This document shows positions 38,671 through 51,725 of a stretch of DNA of 64,000 bases, piece after piece. Where the stretch lies: assembly GCA_977017645.1 (NCBI GenBank), contig OZ360232.1, positions 78,058,001 through 78,122,000 of the forward strand, read 5' to 3'. Under the pieces are notes generated by a model that saw only the letters and a list, made by a program, of their open reading frames with translations, searched no databases and was not told where the DNA came from. The DNA is from Torpedo marmorata. Its lineage: Eukaryota. Numbering within the stretch: the stretch's first letter is position 1; every line of letters begins with the position of its first letter. A program made the position numbers and the translations under genes.

Positions 38671-39162
38671 TTCCTTGATTGCCTTTTACTCTCTAACAGC
38701 CCTGTTCAGAGTTGTTGCTGCATCCATTTTCCCTCCTGCACATTGACTGCTGTGCTTGGTAATGCATTTCACCATGCACATCTATCAACCTTCTTCATTA
38801 AGCTGCATGTCCAAATGCACATCTTAATTCCCTGCAGGATTATCTATGAGCAACCTTGCCTTCTCGGGAGCTGAAATATGCATTTCCTTACCCACTGGAG
38901 CAAAATAAGTTGCTGAAGGAATTCAATAGGACAGCCAGCAACTGTGGAGGGAAATGGAGTCGGTGTTTCGAGTTGAGACACTACATTGAGACTTCATCTG
39001 CAGTGTCTTCTGTCTTTGCTTTCCTTCCCCTGTGGCCATCCTTGAACAGTGACCAATCCCCATGACAGAATGAGTCAGAACCTGAGCTGGTGGGTAAGAA
39101 TCTAGTCAACTGATGTGTATCTTTAGTTTTACTCTATTTTCACTCTTCAATTACCATCTGAC

Positions 39163-39407
39163 TGATATGCCTATCAATTAGCACTCAAGAGACTATGAGA
39201 GGGTTAACGAACCATAGGCTTTAATAGACATAAAAACAGACCTACAGTGGACCTGCAGATCTATCCCGGACTGTGGGCGGAGCCGTGGCACACAAGCCTT
39301 TATTCGGGTGAGAAAAGGGGAGGGATTACCTGGACACCCAAAGGAGGGGAGAGGAGTCGCCGGGACAGACAGCAGTACATAATATACACAAACAGTGGTT
39401 TACCACA
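39163..39407 (-). repeat. 3' LTR of the Gypsy element
   Basis: Begins TGTGGTAAACC immediately after the PPT, has ATTAAA (39225-39220) and ends ...GGCATATCA; the distal boundary is inferred. Confidence 0.7.
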
Positions 39408-39493
39408 TTCACCCCTCCTTTTAAAAGAGTCCAGCGGGGTGAAGTGGCCACAATACAATCACTACAGGAATTCAAAATATTTACAGTCATATT

Positions 39494-42400
39494 TTACAGG
39501 TCAAGGCGATCCGGTGGTTTGGCTCGCCTTTGTGACCTGCGCAGTACCCTGGGTGCGGGTTGTGGTGCAGGGGGTACCCTGGGTGCGGGTTGTGGTGCAG
39601 GGGAAGATGGCAAGGCCGTCGCCTCCTCCTGTGGTGCTGGGTGAGATGGTAGGATTGTGGGTTCTATCGAGGGTGCCTGGTCTGACGTTGTAGAAGAGGG
39701 AATAGGGAGGGGCCGCAGCGAGTGGTCTTGCCCGTCGAGAGGTTCCTCCGGCGCTCCCGCGGGCGCCAGGTCCCGAATTGAGACCGTGTCCTCTCTCCCA
39801 TCCGGGAAGACCATGTAGGCGTACTGCGGATTAGCGTGCGCTAACTGCACCCTCTGGACCGCGGGCTCATATTTGCTGCTCCGGAGGTGGTTGCGGAGCA
39901 GCACCGGCCCCGGGGATGTCAGCCAGGCAGGCAGGGCGGTTCCGGTGTTCGACCTCCTGGAGAAGGAGAAAAATCTCTCATGAGGCGTTACATTGGTGGC
40001 TGTGCACAGTAAGGACCGTATCGAATGGAGGGCTTCGGGGAGAACATCTTGCCAGCGGGAAACCGGCAGTCCCCTGGACTTGAGAGCCAGGAGCGCCGCC
40101 TTCCAGACTGTGGCGTTCTCCCTTTCCACCTGTCCATTACCTCGGGGGTTGTATGCGGTGGTCCTACTGGTGGCGATGCCCCGGGTCAGCAGGTACTGGC
40201 GCAGCTCCTCACTCATAAAAGCTGATCCCCGGTCGCTATGAATGTAGTTCGGGTAGCCGAACAGCGTAAATACCTGGCGAAGAGCTTTTATGGTTGAGGC
40301 AGCCGAAGTGTCGGGGCAGGGAATGGCGAAGGGGAACCGCGAGTACTCGTCAATAATGTTCAGGAAGTACACATTGCGGTTCGTGGAGGGGAGGGGCCCC
40401 TTGAAGTCAATGCTGAGACGTTCAAAGGGGCGAGTGGCTTTGATCAGCTGTGCCTTGTCGGGGCGGTAGAATTGGGGTTTGCACTCCGCGCAAACCCGGC
40501 AACTGCTGATCATTGTCCTGACCTCTTCCAGGGAGTATGGCAGGTTCTGTGACTTCACGAAGTGAAAGAGCCTGGTAATTCCTGGGTGGCATAGGTCGTC
40601 ATGTAGGGCGTGTAATCGGTCGACCTGCGCGGTGGCGCATGATCCCCGGGATAGAGCATCGGAGGGCTCATTGAGCTTCCCGGGCCGGTACATGATGTCG
40701 TAATTGTAGGTGGAGAGCTCTATTCTCCACCTCATGATCTTGTCATTTTTGATCTTACCCCGCTGCTGATTGTTGAACATGAATGCCACAGAGCGTTGAT
40801 CTGTCAGCAGGGTAAAATGCTTACCGGCGAGATAGTGCCTCCAATGCCTGATGGCTTCCACTATGGCCTGGGCTTCCTTCTCCACCGCTGAGTGCCGAAT
40901 TTCGGGGCCCTGGAGGGTTCGGGAGAAAAATGCCACCGGCCTTCCCGCCTGGTTGAGGGTAGCAGCCAGCGCGAAGTCCGATGCGTCACTCTCCACCTGG
41001 AAAGGTGTCTCCTCATCCACTGCGTGCATTGTTGCTCGCGCAATGTCCCCTTTTATAAGGTCGAACGCCTTACGTGCCTCCGAAGCAAGGGGAAATGCAG
41101 TGGATTTCACAAGGGGTCGGGCCTTATCCGCATAATTTGGGACCCATTGGGCATAATAGGAAAAGAACCCGAGGCATAGTTTAAGGGCTCTGGGATTGGT
41201 GGGGAGCGGAAGTTCCAGCAGGGGCCGCATGCGTTCGGGGTCTGGTCCAATTACCCCGTTCTCGACCACATACCCCAAAATAGCGAGGCGAGTGGTACCA
41301 AACACGCATTTTTCTTTGTTATACGTGAGGTTTAGAGCTTTGGCCGCCTGCAGGAACCTCCGGAGGTTGTTGTCATGGTCCTGACGATCATAACCACAGA
41401 TGGTAATGTCGTCAAGATATGGGAAAGTGGCTTTAAGTTTGTAATGGTCCACAATCCTGTCCATCTCCCGCTGAAAAACAGAAACACCATTAGTAACACC
41501 AAATGGAAGGCGCAGGAATTGGAACAGCCTGCCATCTGCCTCGAACGCGGTGTATGAATGGTCCTCCCGACGGATAGGGAGCTGGTGATATGCCGATTTC
41601 AAGTCGATGGTGGAGAAGAGCCGGTATTGGGCAATTTGGTTCACCATCTCCGCTATCCGTGGTAGCGGGTATGCGTCTAGTAGCGTAAACCTGTTAATGG
41701 TTTGGCTGTAGTCCACCACCATTCTGCTCTTGGCCCCTTTTACTACAACCACCTGGGCTCTCCAGGGACTATTACTCTTCTCTATAATCCCTTCCTGTAG
41801 CAATCTCTGTACCTCCGTCTTGATAAATGCTCTGTCCTCGGCACTGTAACGCCTGCTTTTAGTTTCCACAGGCCTACAGTCCGGGGTCAGGTTCGCAAAC
41901 AATGACGGAGGCGAGATCTTAAGGGTGGAGAGACCACAGGTGGTTTCGGGCGTGCTATCCAGAAACTGGTGGTTGGCCACAGTGATCGCGGGGAGAGGAC
42001 CGTCATACCACATTGTAACACTCTGCAAATGGCTCTGAAAATCCAAACCCAGTAATATCGGCGCACACAAACGGTTCATGACAAACAAGGAAAATTGTCG
42101 GTACTCTGTCCCTTGTACCACAATGTTCACCACACACGCCCCCCGGATGTCTGTTGTGTGGGACCCCGACGCCATGGCCACCCTCTGGCTTACCGGTACG
42201 ATCGTTAGGCCACAGCGTTGAACAGTATCCGGGTGGATAAAGCTCTCAGTGCTGCCAGTGTCGAATAAACACGTTATCTTGTGTCCCTCGACCAGTATGT
42301 CCATCATGGATCTTGTCAGCTGGTGGGGAATGTTCTGGTCGAGGGTGACGGATGCCAAAGTTGGGGTGAGGTCGCCTTGGTCCGAGGTCATTAAAAATGG

Positions 42401-42735
42401 CCGCTCCCGTGGGTTGCACGTGTCGCTGGAGGTCTCTGTACAAAATGGCGGCGCCGGAAGTGCAGGAAGTAACGAGGTACTGCTCTGAGATGGCGGCGCC
42501 GGAAGTGCCAGCATGAAAGATGGCCGCTTCCACTCCTCACACGCGGTCGGCGCCGGAAGTGCCAGTCTGCAAGATGGCCGCTCCCATCTCTCCCATCTAC
42601 TCGGGCCCGCGCGCGGCTTGGAGCGGCAGGCCTTTGCGAAGTGGCCTTTCTTGCCGCAGTTGGAACAAGTCGCGTCGCGGGCCGGGCAGCGTTTCCTCGT
42701 ATGCTTGTCGAGCCCGCAGAAGTAGCACTTCTCGG
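39494..42735 (-). CDS. Gypsy gag(NC)-pol polyprotein, N-terminally truncated
   Basis: 1006-aa ORF with LFDTGS protease, YLDD RT, DAS RNase H, HHCC and DDE integrase; same frame extends upstream through two CCHC knuckles CYFCGLDKHTRKRC and CSNCGKKGHFAKAC. Confidence 0.92.
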
Positions 42736-42898
42736 GCTCGCGATTAACAGCTGCGGCGGTGAGAGTAGCGTCGGTAGCGGTCGGGTCGCGGATAGCGGCG
42801 GCAACAATCGGGTCGCGGGATCGTTCTTGGTCGCCTGGAAGGACAAAGGGATAAACATAGACTGATGAGGGTGGGTGGTGGAGAGGTGGTGTCTATTA

Positions 42899-43145
42899 GC
42901 CTGGACTACATCCCATCTGTCCCTTGCCAGGACTCCATCCCTTTCTCTCAGCTTCTCTGTTTCCACTGCATTTTTTTTTGAGCTGAAGCCTTTCACTCCA
43001 GGACATCCGAAGTGTCCTCCATCCTCAGGAAACTTGGGTCCACTACCCAGCCTCTGCATCTTCTCCATTTCCTGCACTTCTGCTCTCACCTCTCTGCTTC
43101 CCGACAGGTCAGAGATAGGGTCCTTTCAATGTCTTTCTGTGTTAG
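42899..43145 (+). mobile_element. Decayed Penelope-like RT fragment
   Basis: Frameshifted LDY....VPCQDSIPFSQ and SISCTSALT..RDRV motifs, resembling the Penelope RT thumb. Confidence 0.55.
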
Positions 43146-43772
43146 TTATAGACAGCATGCAAATTGATTTTTATTGAGCAGTCTTAGTCTAACAGGCAGC
43201 ATGATATTATTACAGTTCTAATATTATGGTAATGATGATATGATAACTGTCACTGCAATACATGTATCCAAGTTTGTACCCTGCTCTCTTTGTCACATGG
43301 TCATTCAATAACTGAACCACAGTCAATCATTAATATATTTCCAACATAACGATGACCCACAAAACTTTGACATTTATATTGATTCTTTTCTTGTGCAATT
43401 ATTTTCACTCCATGTCCTTTTAAAGTTTGTTCAAAATTATAAACATCATTCTTTGTCCTTGACATTATCCGTTTTATCCAGTGCCATGACTATCACCTTC
43501 AGGGGAATGACCTGTGAATTTAATTGAATTGAAGAGTCCCAGAAATGTACTTCCAGGTTCTGTTGAGTAATTTGATTCTCCCCCATTCTGTGTTGTTTAT
43601 CCTAGTATGATATTTTATGAAGAAAATGAAGACTGGGGATTGAGAGGCAGAGAGACACTATTTTGATTGAAGTCCTAAAAGGTTGATCTGACATGGAAAT
43701 GGCCAACATTTGGTACAATTAGAAATCAAAGCCCTTTTCAGTTATTTTTCTGTGTGTAATTCTATGTAAGGT

Positions 43773-44857
43773 CAGGCCCGTGCAAAGCTGGTAATAGGCC
43801 CAGGCCAGATGGGAAATGTAGGCCCCATTTCCAACTGCTCATTAAGTATTTTTGTAATCAGTGCTAAATACATATGATTTATGAATGGGTATATATATGT
43901 ACATGTAGTGTACATCATGTACTTACAAGTAACAGAACAGAATAAAAGAACTAGAACAATTTATAAAAAAGCTAATGGCAAGCAATTTTATTCAAAATGT
44001 ATATAAGACAATACATTCAGTATGTGGTAGCAAAATTACTGACCTAGAAGGTTTTCACAAACTTTGCAGCTCTATTATATTTAACATAATAAAAATATAT
44101 TAGCATAAAAAGTATTTTACATTAAGTTAACAAAAAATAAAAACAAGTGTATAAAACACAAAAGACAGCACTAAACAACAAAGCTAATAATGAAACAATT
44201 AATTTAAAACATAATAATGTATCTTTTATCAACAAACATTGAAACTGCTCACAGGCTTGACTACTCAAAGTGATAGCATTTATCTGCTGTCAAAGCCAAG
44301 TTTCCTGAAATTTAATAAAGAGATATGTGGTGTTGAGTGTGTGTGGGTGCTGCGCAGGCTCAACGCAGATATCTATTTATAAACCAATTACACAACACAA
44401 CAAATATATGAGCACGAAGAAACTGATGGGGGAAGACAGGATCTATCGAGCTACCGCTCGATAGCAAGGCAGACACGATCAATCGTTCCCACGCGATGCG
44501 CGTGCACAGCGAGCGTTGTGGCGGTCGTGAGAAGAGTGGGAAAAGATATATTTTTATTTGTGTGTGTGGCCACCACAACAAGATACATATAATAAATTTG
44601 GAACATAAGTTGGTTTCAGTTATCTGCATTTATTTATCTATATTTTATCTGTATTAATCTTTTATAAATCTTCTTTAAAATATTAATATATTGTGATAAA
44701 GGATCCCCCCTTGACTCTCTTTACAATATCAATATTCTTTACCAAGGCAAAGGGTCCCCCCTTTGCCTCTAACAGGGGGAGTAGGCCCCCTCAGAATTGT
44801 AGGCCCGTGCCAACTGGCCCACCTGGCACACCTGGCCCACCCTCTGTTCTGGCCTTG
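43773..44857. mobile_element. Non-autonomous DNA transposon (hAT- or P-like)
   Basis: GTAAGGT direct repeats at 43766-43772 and 44858-44864, CAGGCCCG...GGCCTTG termini, subterminal TAGGCCC repeats at both ends, AT-rich interior. Confidence 0.65.
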
Positions 44858-46069
44858 GTAAGGTTCCCACTTTAAGTTTGGTATTTGTACTCTTTTAATT
44901 TAATTGGATTGGTGACTGCAACTCATGAGGCAGGCACAAATCCTGGTCCTCATCTTTCCAATAATACAATGCAATTATGTGCCAGAAAGAACCTTGGATA
45001 GTTTAGTTGAGACTCCTTCCTAAATTTTTCCATTTTGCTGCTGAGATGCTGTACCATCCACATACGTTTCCTCTGATAATGCAGCTGAGTTTGCAAATTG
45101 AATAGGATAAACTATTTAGAGACTGTATATCCATCCCCACTCTGATCTGATGCTAAGGTTTTAAAAATATGTTTTTTTCTGAAGAAACCCAGCATCAATA
45201 AATAGTTTTGGGATTAGAGGATATTGAAAGAAGAAAAATTGGACCAATTTCGAATGCTCAGTGGAATATTAATGCAGGATTGGTGTATTAAAGGTTGGTG
45301 TAGTAATTCTTGACATCACATGATGGCACCAGGTACTGACAATACAAACTTCCCATTGTGGTAATTTTGTCCACAATTAATGCTGTGTTCTTTTACAAAC
45401 TGCACTTTGGTGCAAGGCAAAATTGATTTTGGATGCAAAAATATTTGAATACAGAACTGATATTGAAGGGAATGTAAGGAATGCTCAAGAGCATTATCCG
45501 CATTCCAATTAAGGGGTGACTGAATTGGAAAAAGCCAGTACCAACTGGTTGCATAATGCAGTTGCCTGAACATTCATCTGGTCCATTCTAGGAGGATGAA
45601 TTCAGCACTGCATGGTTTATTCATCCTAATTCACTTGGTATGTTAAGATTATTGTTTTAGTGCAACATGTTTTTTTATGAGATAATTCTTCCATAAAAGG
45701 AATAACACAGAAATTGAACATTGAATTTTGCACAGCATTAATCATGGAAAATAAGGAGATGGCAAGTGAATTAAATTGGTATTTTAATTAGTGTTCACTG
45801 CAGAGGATTTAGGTAATATCCTTGAAATGGTTGTAAATATGGAATTGGAAGTGGGGTTGGGGGTGGGGTGCTGAAAGGAATATGTCTAAGACCATGGAAG
45901 TGATACAGACAGAATTGTTGAAGCTGCTTGTTGAAAAGTCCCCATGACCGGATTAACTTCACCCAGGGTCGTATTAGAATGGATAGAAAATGTTTGTTAG
46001 ATGTAATGGGTGTTGTGCCACAGAGGTGGATGCTGGGGGATTTTGGTCTCCCACCACTCTCTATATAAA

Positions 46070-47580
46070 AAAAAACACCTGCTTCGCACATCTCCTTTAA
46101 AATTTCCCCTATGCACTTTAATGCTATGCCCTCTATTATTTGACATTTCCACTGTGGGAAAAGCACTGACTATCTGATTTATGCTTCTCATGATTTTATA
46201 TACCATATCATTTCCCCTTACCCTCCGATGGTCCAGTAAAATCAATTCAAGTTTGTGCAACCTCTGCTTATAATAATACTCTTTAATCTGTGCAACATCC
46301 TGTTGAATCTCTTTTTCACCCTCTCCAGAGCGTCCATATTCTGCCTGTAAGGGCGGCACGGTTAGCGTAGCGGTTCGCACAACGTTGTTACAGCGCCAAC
46401 TTCCGGGGTTCGAATCCGGCTCTGTCTGTAAGGAGTTTGTACTTCTCCCCATGCCTGTGTGGGTTTCCACTGGGTGGTCCGGTTTCCTCCCACCATTCAA
46501 AAACATACCGAGGGTGTAGGTCATTTGGGTGCAATTAGGCGGCATGGGCTCGTTGGCTGAAAGGGCCTGTTACCGTGCTGTATGTCTAAATTTAAAAAGA
46601 AAATTATAAAATTAATATGGAAAGTAGACATCACAGAATACTCCAAATGTGGCCTAACCTACGTTTTATACAGCTGCAACATGATTTCCCAAATTTTATA
46701 CTCAATGCGCTGCTGAATGAGGCAGGTATGCCCTGTCCCTTCTTTACCACTCTGTCCAATTGAGTTGTCACTTTCAGGGAGCTGTGGACCTGGGCCCACA
46801 GACCCCTCTGTACATCAGGGCTCCTCAGGGTCCTGCCATTTACCATATACTTTTATCTTGCTTTGATCTCCCAAAATGCAACAAGGGCTCAGGCCTGAAA
46901 TGTTGGCAATATATCTTTGTCTCCTATGGACGCTGAAAGACCGGCTGAGTTCCTCAAGCATTTTGGTGTGTTTTTACTACAATCACAGTGTCTGCAGACA
47001 TTTGTGTTTCTCCCAAAATGCAACACCTCACACTTACTTGTCTTGATTAAAAATCCATCTGCCATTTCTTGCCCAAATTTCCAACTGATCTATATCCTAC
47101 TGTATTCTTTGACAACCTTCCTTACTATCCACAATCCACCAATTTTCATGTCATCTGCAAAGTGACCAATCAGACCACCTACATTTTCATCTAAATCATT
47201 CATATAAATGCCCTGGGATTCTCCTTAATCCTTCAAACCAAGGACATGTCATGGCCACTTTTAGCTCTCCTAAATTCCTTCTTTCTTGCTTTATAATCCT
47301 CAAGGACCTTGTCTGATTTCAGCTTTCTAAATCTTACATATGCTTCCTTGATCTTTTTGGCTAAACTTACAATATCTCTTGTCATCCAAGGTTCCTGAAT
47401 TTTGTCATCCTTATCTTCCAACCTCACAGGAACACGCAGGTCCTGAACTCTAGCCTTTAAAGGGCTCGCACATGTTAGATATAGTTTTATCCCGATATTG
47501 TATATTCATTCCCAATCTACTCTCCCAAGATCCTACCTAATACTGTTGGAATTAGCGTTTCCCCAATTTAGCACAATCAC
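46070..47580 (-). mobile_element. CR1 LINE fragments with nested SINE and Penelope remnant
   Basis: EPWMTRDIVSL..KIKEAYVRFRKLKS, VHSSLKVTTQLDRVVKK, RGHSIKV motifs. Confidence 0.75.
46351..46595 (+). mobile_element. tRNA-derived SINE (HE1/V-SINE-like), full length
   Basis: GGGCGGCACGGTTAGCGTAGCGG A box, GGTTCGAATCC B box, tail GAAAGGGCCTGTTACCGTGCTGTATG. Confidence 0.88.
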
Positions 47581-47589
47581 CTGATTACT

Positions 47590-47860
47590 TACATGCAGAA
47601 TTACGTTCTTGTATACCATTGGAAAAAATTACATATAATTTACGAGATAAATATCATTTCTTTTTGAAAATTTGGAGCCCATATATGAGAATCATGGGTA
47701 TGAATTAATTCTCTAAAAGTTGGTAACGCTGACAAATGTAACCTCCAATATATAAGTAGAGTTAGCTTGTAATGGTTTTCTCCTCATACTAACTCTTAAA
47801 ACTTTATTATTCATTCTATTCTTTTTTTCTTCCCAAATGACCTATTTCTAGATATCATTT
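47590..47860 (+). mobile_element. L1 3' fragment
   Basis: HAELRSCIPLEKITYNLRDKYHFFLKIWSPYMR, near-identical to 57270-57370. Confidence 0.85.
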
Positions 47861-48635
47861 GTATGTAATGATCTCACTTCCTTGTGCAACATTCATTTGG
47901 AGCATTGCCGGGACAATCTGGGTCAAGTTAGTTCAAATCACACTAGATGTTTGGCAGTCCCAGGAGAACCAGGTTTTCAGCGCTGTTTGCTGAATTGAAG
48001 GACCATTCATAAATCTTGTTTGAACTTCTGGAGTCTGTTCCAGGCACTCCAGAGGCTGATGACCAAGCCTGAAGCCTTAACACAGTGACTGTTGCTTCCA
48101 CTCTTGAAACCTTTTTGTCCTTGGTGCATCAGTGATGGTCCCCTTGGTGAGCTGAAGGATGTAGAACAGTAGGACAACTATCAGACGCAGTGCAAACACA
48201 GCCAGGAAGGCTGAAAGATGAGCCTAGAAAATCTCATGTGCATTGACCCTATCTGATTCAATCTCCCTGAGGAGCAATGTTTCTGAAAGATAATGTTTTC
48301 CAAGTTCAGTCATGCTAATAACCTCTATGGGGACATAAACAAACATAGGCCTCCCAATGGTCAGTGAGAGCTAGAGGAGCAGATATGTAGGCAGATCATG
48401 GGTGATTTAAACTTTTACCATATTGACTAAACTCCCTTAATGCCAAAGGATTAGATGGGGCAGAATCCTGGATAGCAGATGGTCCAATTATGGAAGGGGC
48501 TATACAAGATCTTGTGCTGGGAAATTAGCCTGGCCAGGTGTTTGAAGATTCAGTGAGGGGGCATTTTGAGAAAAGCTATTGTTATTCCATGTTTTAATTT
48601 TGTTATGGATAAGGATAAGACTGGTAATCAGGTGA

Positions 48636-48900
48636 TTTTTTATTTTTTATTTATTTATTTTTTTTATAATTTTATTTAACTTTTAAAATCACAGAATACA
48701 TAAATCAAAAATAATATATCATTCAAAATACATGTGATATATTACCTCCCCCCCTCCCACCCTCCCCTCCCCAACCCTCCCACACTATTCTAATAATAAA
48801 AAAAAGAGAAAGAGAAAAAAAAAGAGGTATTAGTTAAAGGAAAATATGCTTTGTGACTAGAAGTGTCTGAACCAATTTTCAAAGGCGTGGAATCACGAGA
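48636..48900 (-). mobile_element. L1 3'UTR fragment
   Basis: Minus strand has a G-rich tract then AATAAA and an A-rich tail, same layout as 57480-57664. Confidence 0.65.
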
Positions 48901-49269
48901 GAAATAGTGAATTATTGTGTTCTATTCTGTAAAATGTTGTTCTCCCAGAATGTAGCATGGAGAAAGCAAGCAGCGTGAAAGAATTTCCAGGGAAGGGTGA
49001 GTTTTCAAACATTTTTGCTGAGGAGCTATTGGGCTAGTATCAGTTGTTGCTCAGTGAAATTCCTTATATTTGTGTCTGGAGCAAGGAAATAATCTGCTTT
49101 TCTCAGATTTATTCCATCAGATATAATAGAGATTATACTAAGTAGAGTCTACAAAAGAGCAGAAGGATGTTGATATGCTCTTTGTCTGTATACAGTACTT
49201 AATTACATTGCAGACAGCATGACATATTTTTGCTTCATCATCCTTTGACTTATCTCATATCCAACTGGC

Positions 49270-49700
49270 ATTAATTGTCTATTGCATTCAGTGTTCGTGA
49301 TATAGTCTCCTTTGCTTCGGTGAGAGCAAGTGTAGACTAAACAGCCACTTTACTAAGTACCCATGCTCTGTCTGCATTGACCATCTTGAGCTTCTGGTTG
49401 CATGTCCTTTCAACTTCTCTCCCCAGTCCCAAATTGACCTGTCTGTCCTTAGTTTTCTGCATTGCCAGGGAAACCACACATCCTGTGTTTCTCTCTTTCT
49501 TCTGATCCATCCATGTTCTCTCAGCCCCCAGGCCCCACTTTACCCAGTTTCCTTCCACTCCCCCACCTGGTACCACATGTCCATCACGCCTCCCTTATCT
49601 GGTTCCACATCACCTTCCTCACTGATCAGTTTCTGGAATCTGCAACGCTTCCTCTTCACCTATTACCTTCCTACCTCTGTCTCTACCTCACCCCCGCCCC
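49270..49700 (+). mobile_element. Decayed Penelope GIY-YIG endonuclease fragment
   Basis: YCIQCS*YSLLCFGESKCRLNSHF resembles the YCIxCxxC.LLYIGETxRxL..RF motif. Confidence 0.6.
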
Positions 49701-49705
49701 GCCAC

Positions 49706-50690
49706 CTGACCTGAAAAGGTATCGACAGCGCAAATGAACCTGAAAGCAATACGGCATCTTATGTTTAAGTGGACCTGAAACACACATGGCAGCTTGGTGT
49801 TCAAACGGACCTGAAAGGGTGAGTGCAAAGCAAGCGGACCTGAAAGGGTGAGTGCAAAGCAAGCGGACCTGAAAGGGTGAGTGCAAAGCAAGCGGACCTG
49901 AAAGGGTGAGTGCAAAGCAAGCGGACCTGAAGGGGTGAGTGCAAAGCAAGCGGACCTGAAGGGGTGGGGCTAGCGCCAGTGGGCATGGATGGAATGCGCA
50001 GCTTCATGTTTAAGTGGACCTGAAGGGGTGAGGGCAAAGCAAGCGGAACTGAAAGGAATACAGCAGCTTCAGGCTCAAGCCGACGGGAAAGGGTGAAGGC
50101 AGCTCATAAAGACCTGAAAGGGCAACGACAGTGCAAGTGGACCTGAGAAAAACATGGCATCGTCATGCTTAAGGGGACATGAAAGAAATACTGCTCCAGT
50201 GTATCTGACCGTGTAGATAGTCAGAGGCTTTTTCCCAGGGCTGAAATGTTTGCCACAAGAGGACATGGGTTTAAGGTGCTGGGGAGAAGGTACAGAGGAG
50301 ATGTCAGGGTAGGTTTTTTTACGCAGAGAGTGGTGGGTGCGTGGAATGGGCTGCCGGCAATGGTAGTGGAGGCGGATATGTTAGGGTCCTTTAAGAGACT
50401 TTTGGATAGGTACATGGAGGTTAGAACAATAGCGGGCTATGGGAAAGCCTAGTAATTTCTAAGGTAGGAACATGTTTGGCACAACTTTGTGGGCCGAAGG
50501 GCCTGTATTGTGCTGTAAGTTTTCTATGTTTCTATGTATCTGAAAGGGTGAGTTCAGTGCAAGTGGACTTGAAAGGAATACGGCATCTTGATGTTTAAGT
50601 GGACATGAAAGGAATATACAGCAGCTTGGTGTTCAAGCGGAGCTGAAGGGGGAAGGCAGCGCACTCGGTCCAGAAAGGAATATAGCAGCT
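49706..50690. repeat. Minisatellite with GGACCTGAAAGG core; homogeneous 29-bp units at about 49807-49960
   Basis: GGACCTGAAAGGGTGAGTGCAAAGCAAGC about 5 times, flanked by degenerate copies. Confidence 0.9.
50209..50535 (+). mobile_element. CR1 LINE 3' end inserted into the minisatellite
   Basis: [22 protein letters not shown], tail (TTTCTATG)n, TSD GTATCTGA at 50201-50208 and 50536-50543. Confidence 0.9.
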
Positions 50691-51725
50691 TGCACAGATG
50701 CTGCTTAACCCGCTAAACTCCTCAAGCAGGTTTTTTTTTTCCTGGCATTTATTGTTTTGTTCAAGGTCTAGATGTATCAGCAGACATTCAATAAGTGACT
50801 GGCTGCACTGCTTAAACTGGAGGAGCATTGTTGGTGCATCAGTGGCTGGCACTTGTTTCTGCAGAGTACTTGTCCTAAGATGGACTGAGAGCCTGGGAAG
50901 GAAGAAGTAGGATTTTGATGTTACCTCTGCCCTTCCCATTCCTTTTCTTCTGGTTCTCCTACCTCTCCCTGTGATCCTGCTGGTGAGCTGCTTACCCTCG
51001 AGAAGGTGGCAAGGACTGTCACCCTTTTCATAGCACCAAAGCAGCATGGGTTATGTTGTAAACAAATTAAATACATAAGTGTGGATTATGCATTGGTATC
51101 CTCAATCTGTCATTAGAGGACTCTTGGTTTTGATTTGTTCAATGGCTTAAGTGCAGCCGGCACAATGAACTGCCACTGAATTCAGGCAATATTATTGTGG
51201 GCAAGATACCAGGCAGTGACCTGCTTGACCTGACATCTGGGCTCACACACCAGTTGGACGTGGAGGGAAAGGAATTTGTTTTGTTCTGATTTAGCGCACC
51301 ATTGACGTCAAACTTCAGTAAAGGGATGTGACTGTAATGCCTCCCAGAGCCATAGGGAGGCCTGCAAGCCTAATTCTGTCCACCTCTGGTCTTTGGCAAG
51401 ATAATGAAATGGACAAACTGGAAAGTGCTGGAGATAAATCAGCTACTGGCCAGATCTATGAATGCTTTTTTGTTTCTTGCCTTTCTGTACAGTTGTAATT
51501 TTAGCAGAATGTTGACTTTAGAGAACATATCCTGACTGAATATGCCTCATGAGTTGTTCCTTGCATATGTTCAGGTGGGAAAATTACACCTGGAGCTCTC
51601 TGGGTTAATATGATGTCTGCTCAGATCTCTTCTTCTCTTCCTTCTCTTCCATCTTCACGTCCTGCTCCATATGGTCTCTGCTCTTTCTTCAAGTTATATG
51701 CTTTTTCCTTGCTGATGATTTAGAT

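Larger units (their letters stand above)
39163..42840 (-). mobile_element. Gypsy/Ty3 LTR retrotransposon, 5'-truncated
   Basis: PR-RT-RH-IN order, polypurine tract AAAAGGAGGGGTGAA (39422-39408), 3' LTR; no 5' LTR found. Confidence 0.92.

Noticed and set aside
42391-43089. 232-aa ORF as Gypsy gag
   Set aside because: Different frame from the zinc knuckles, and it crosses the truncation junction into unrelated sequence
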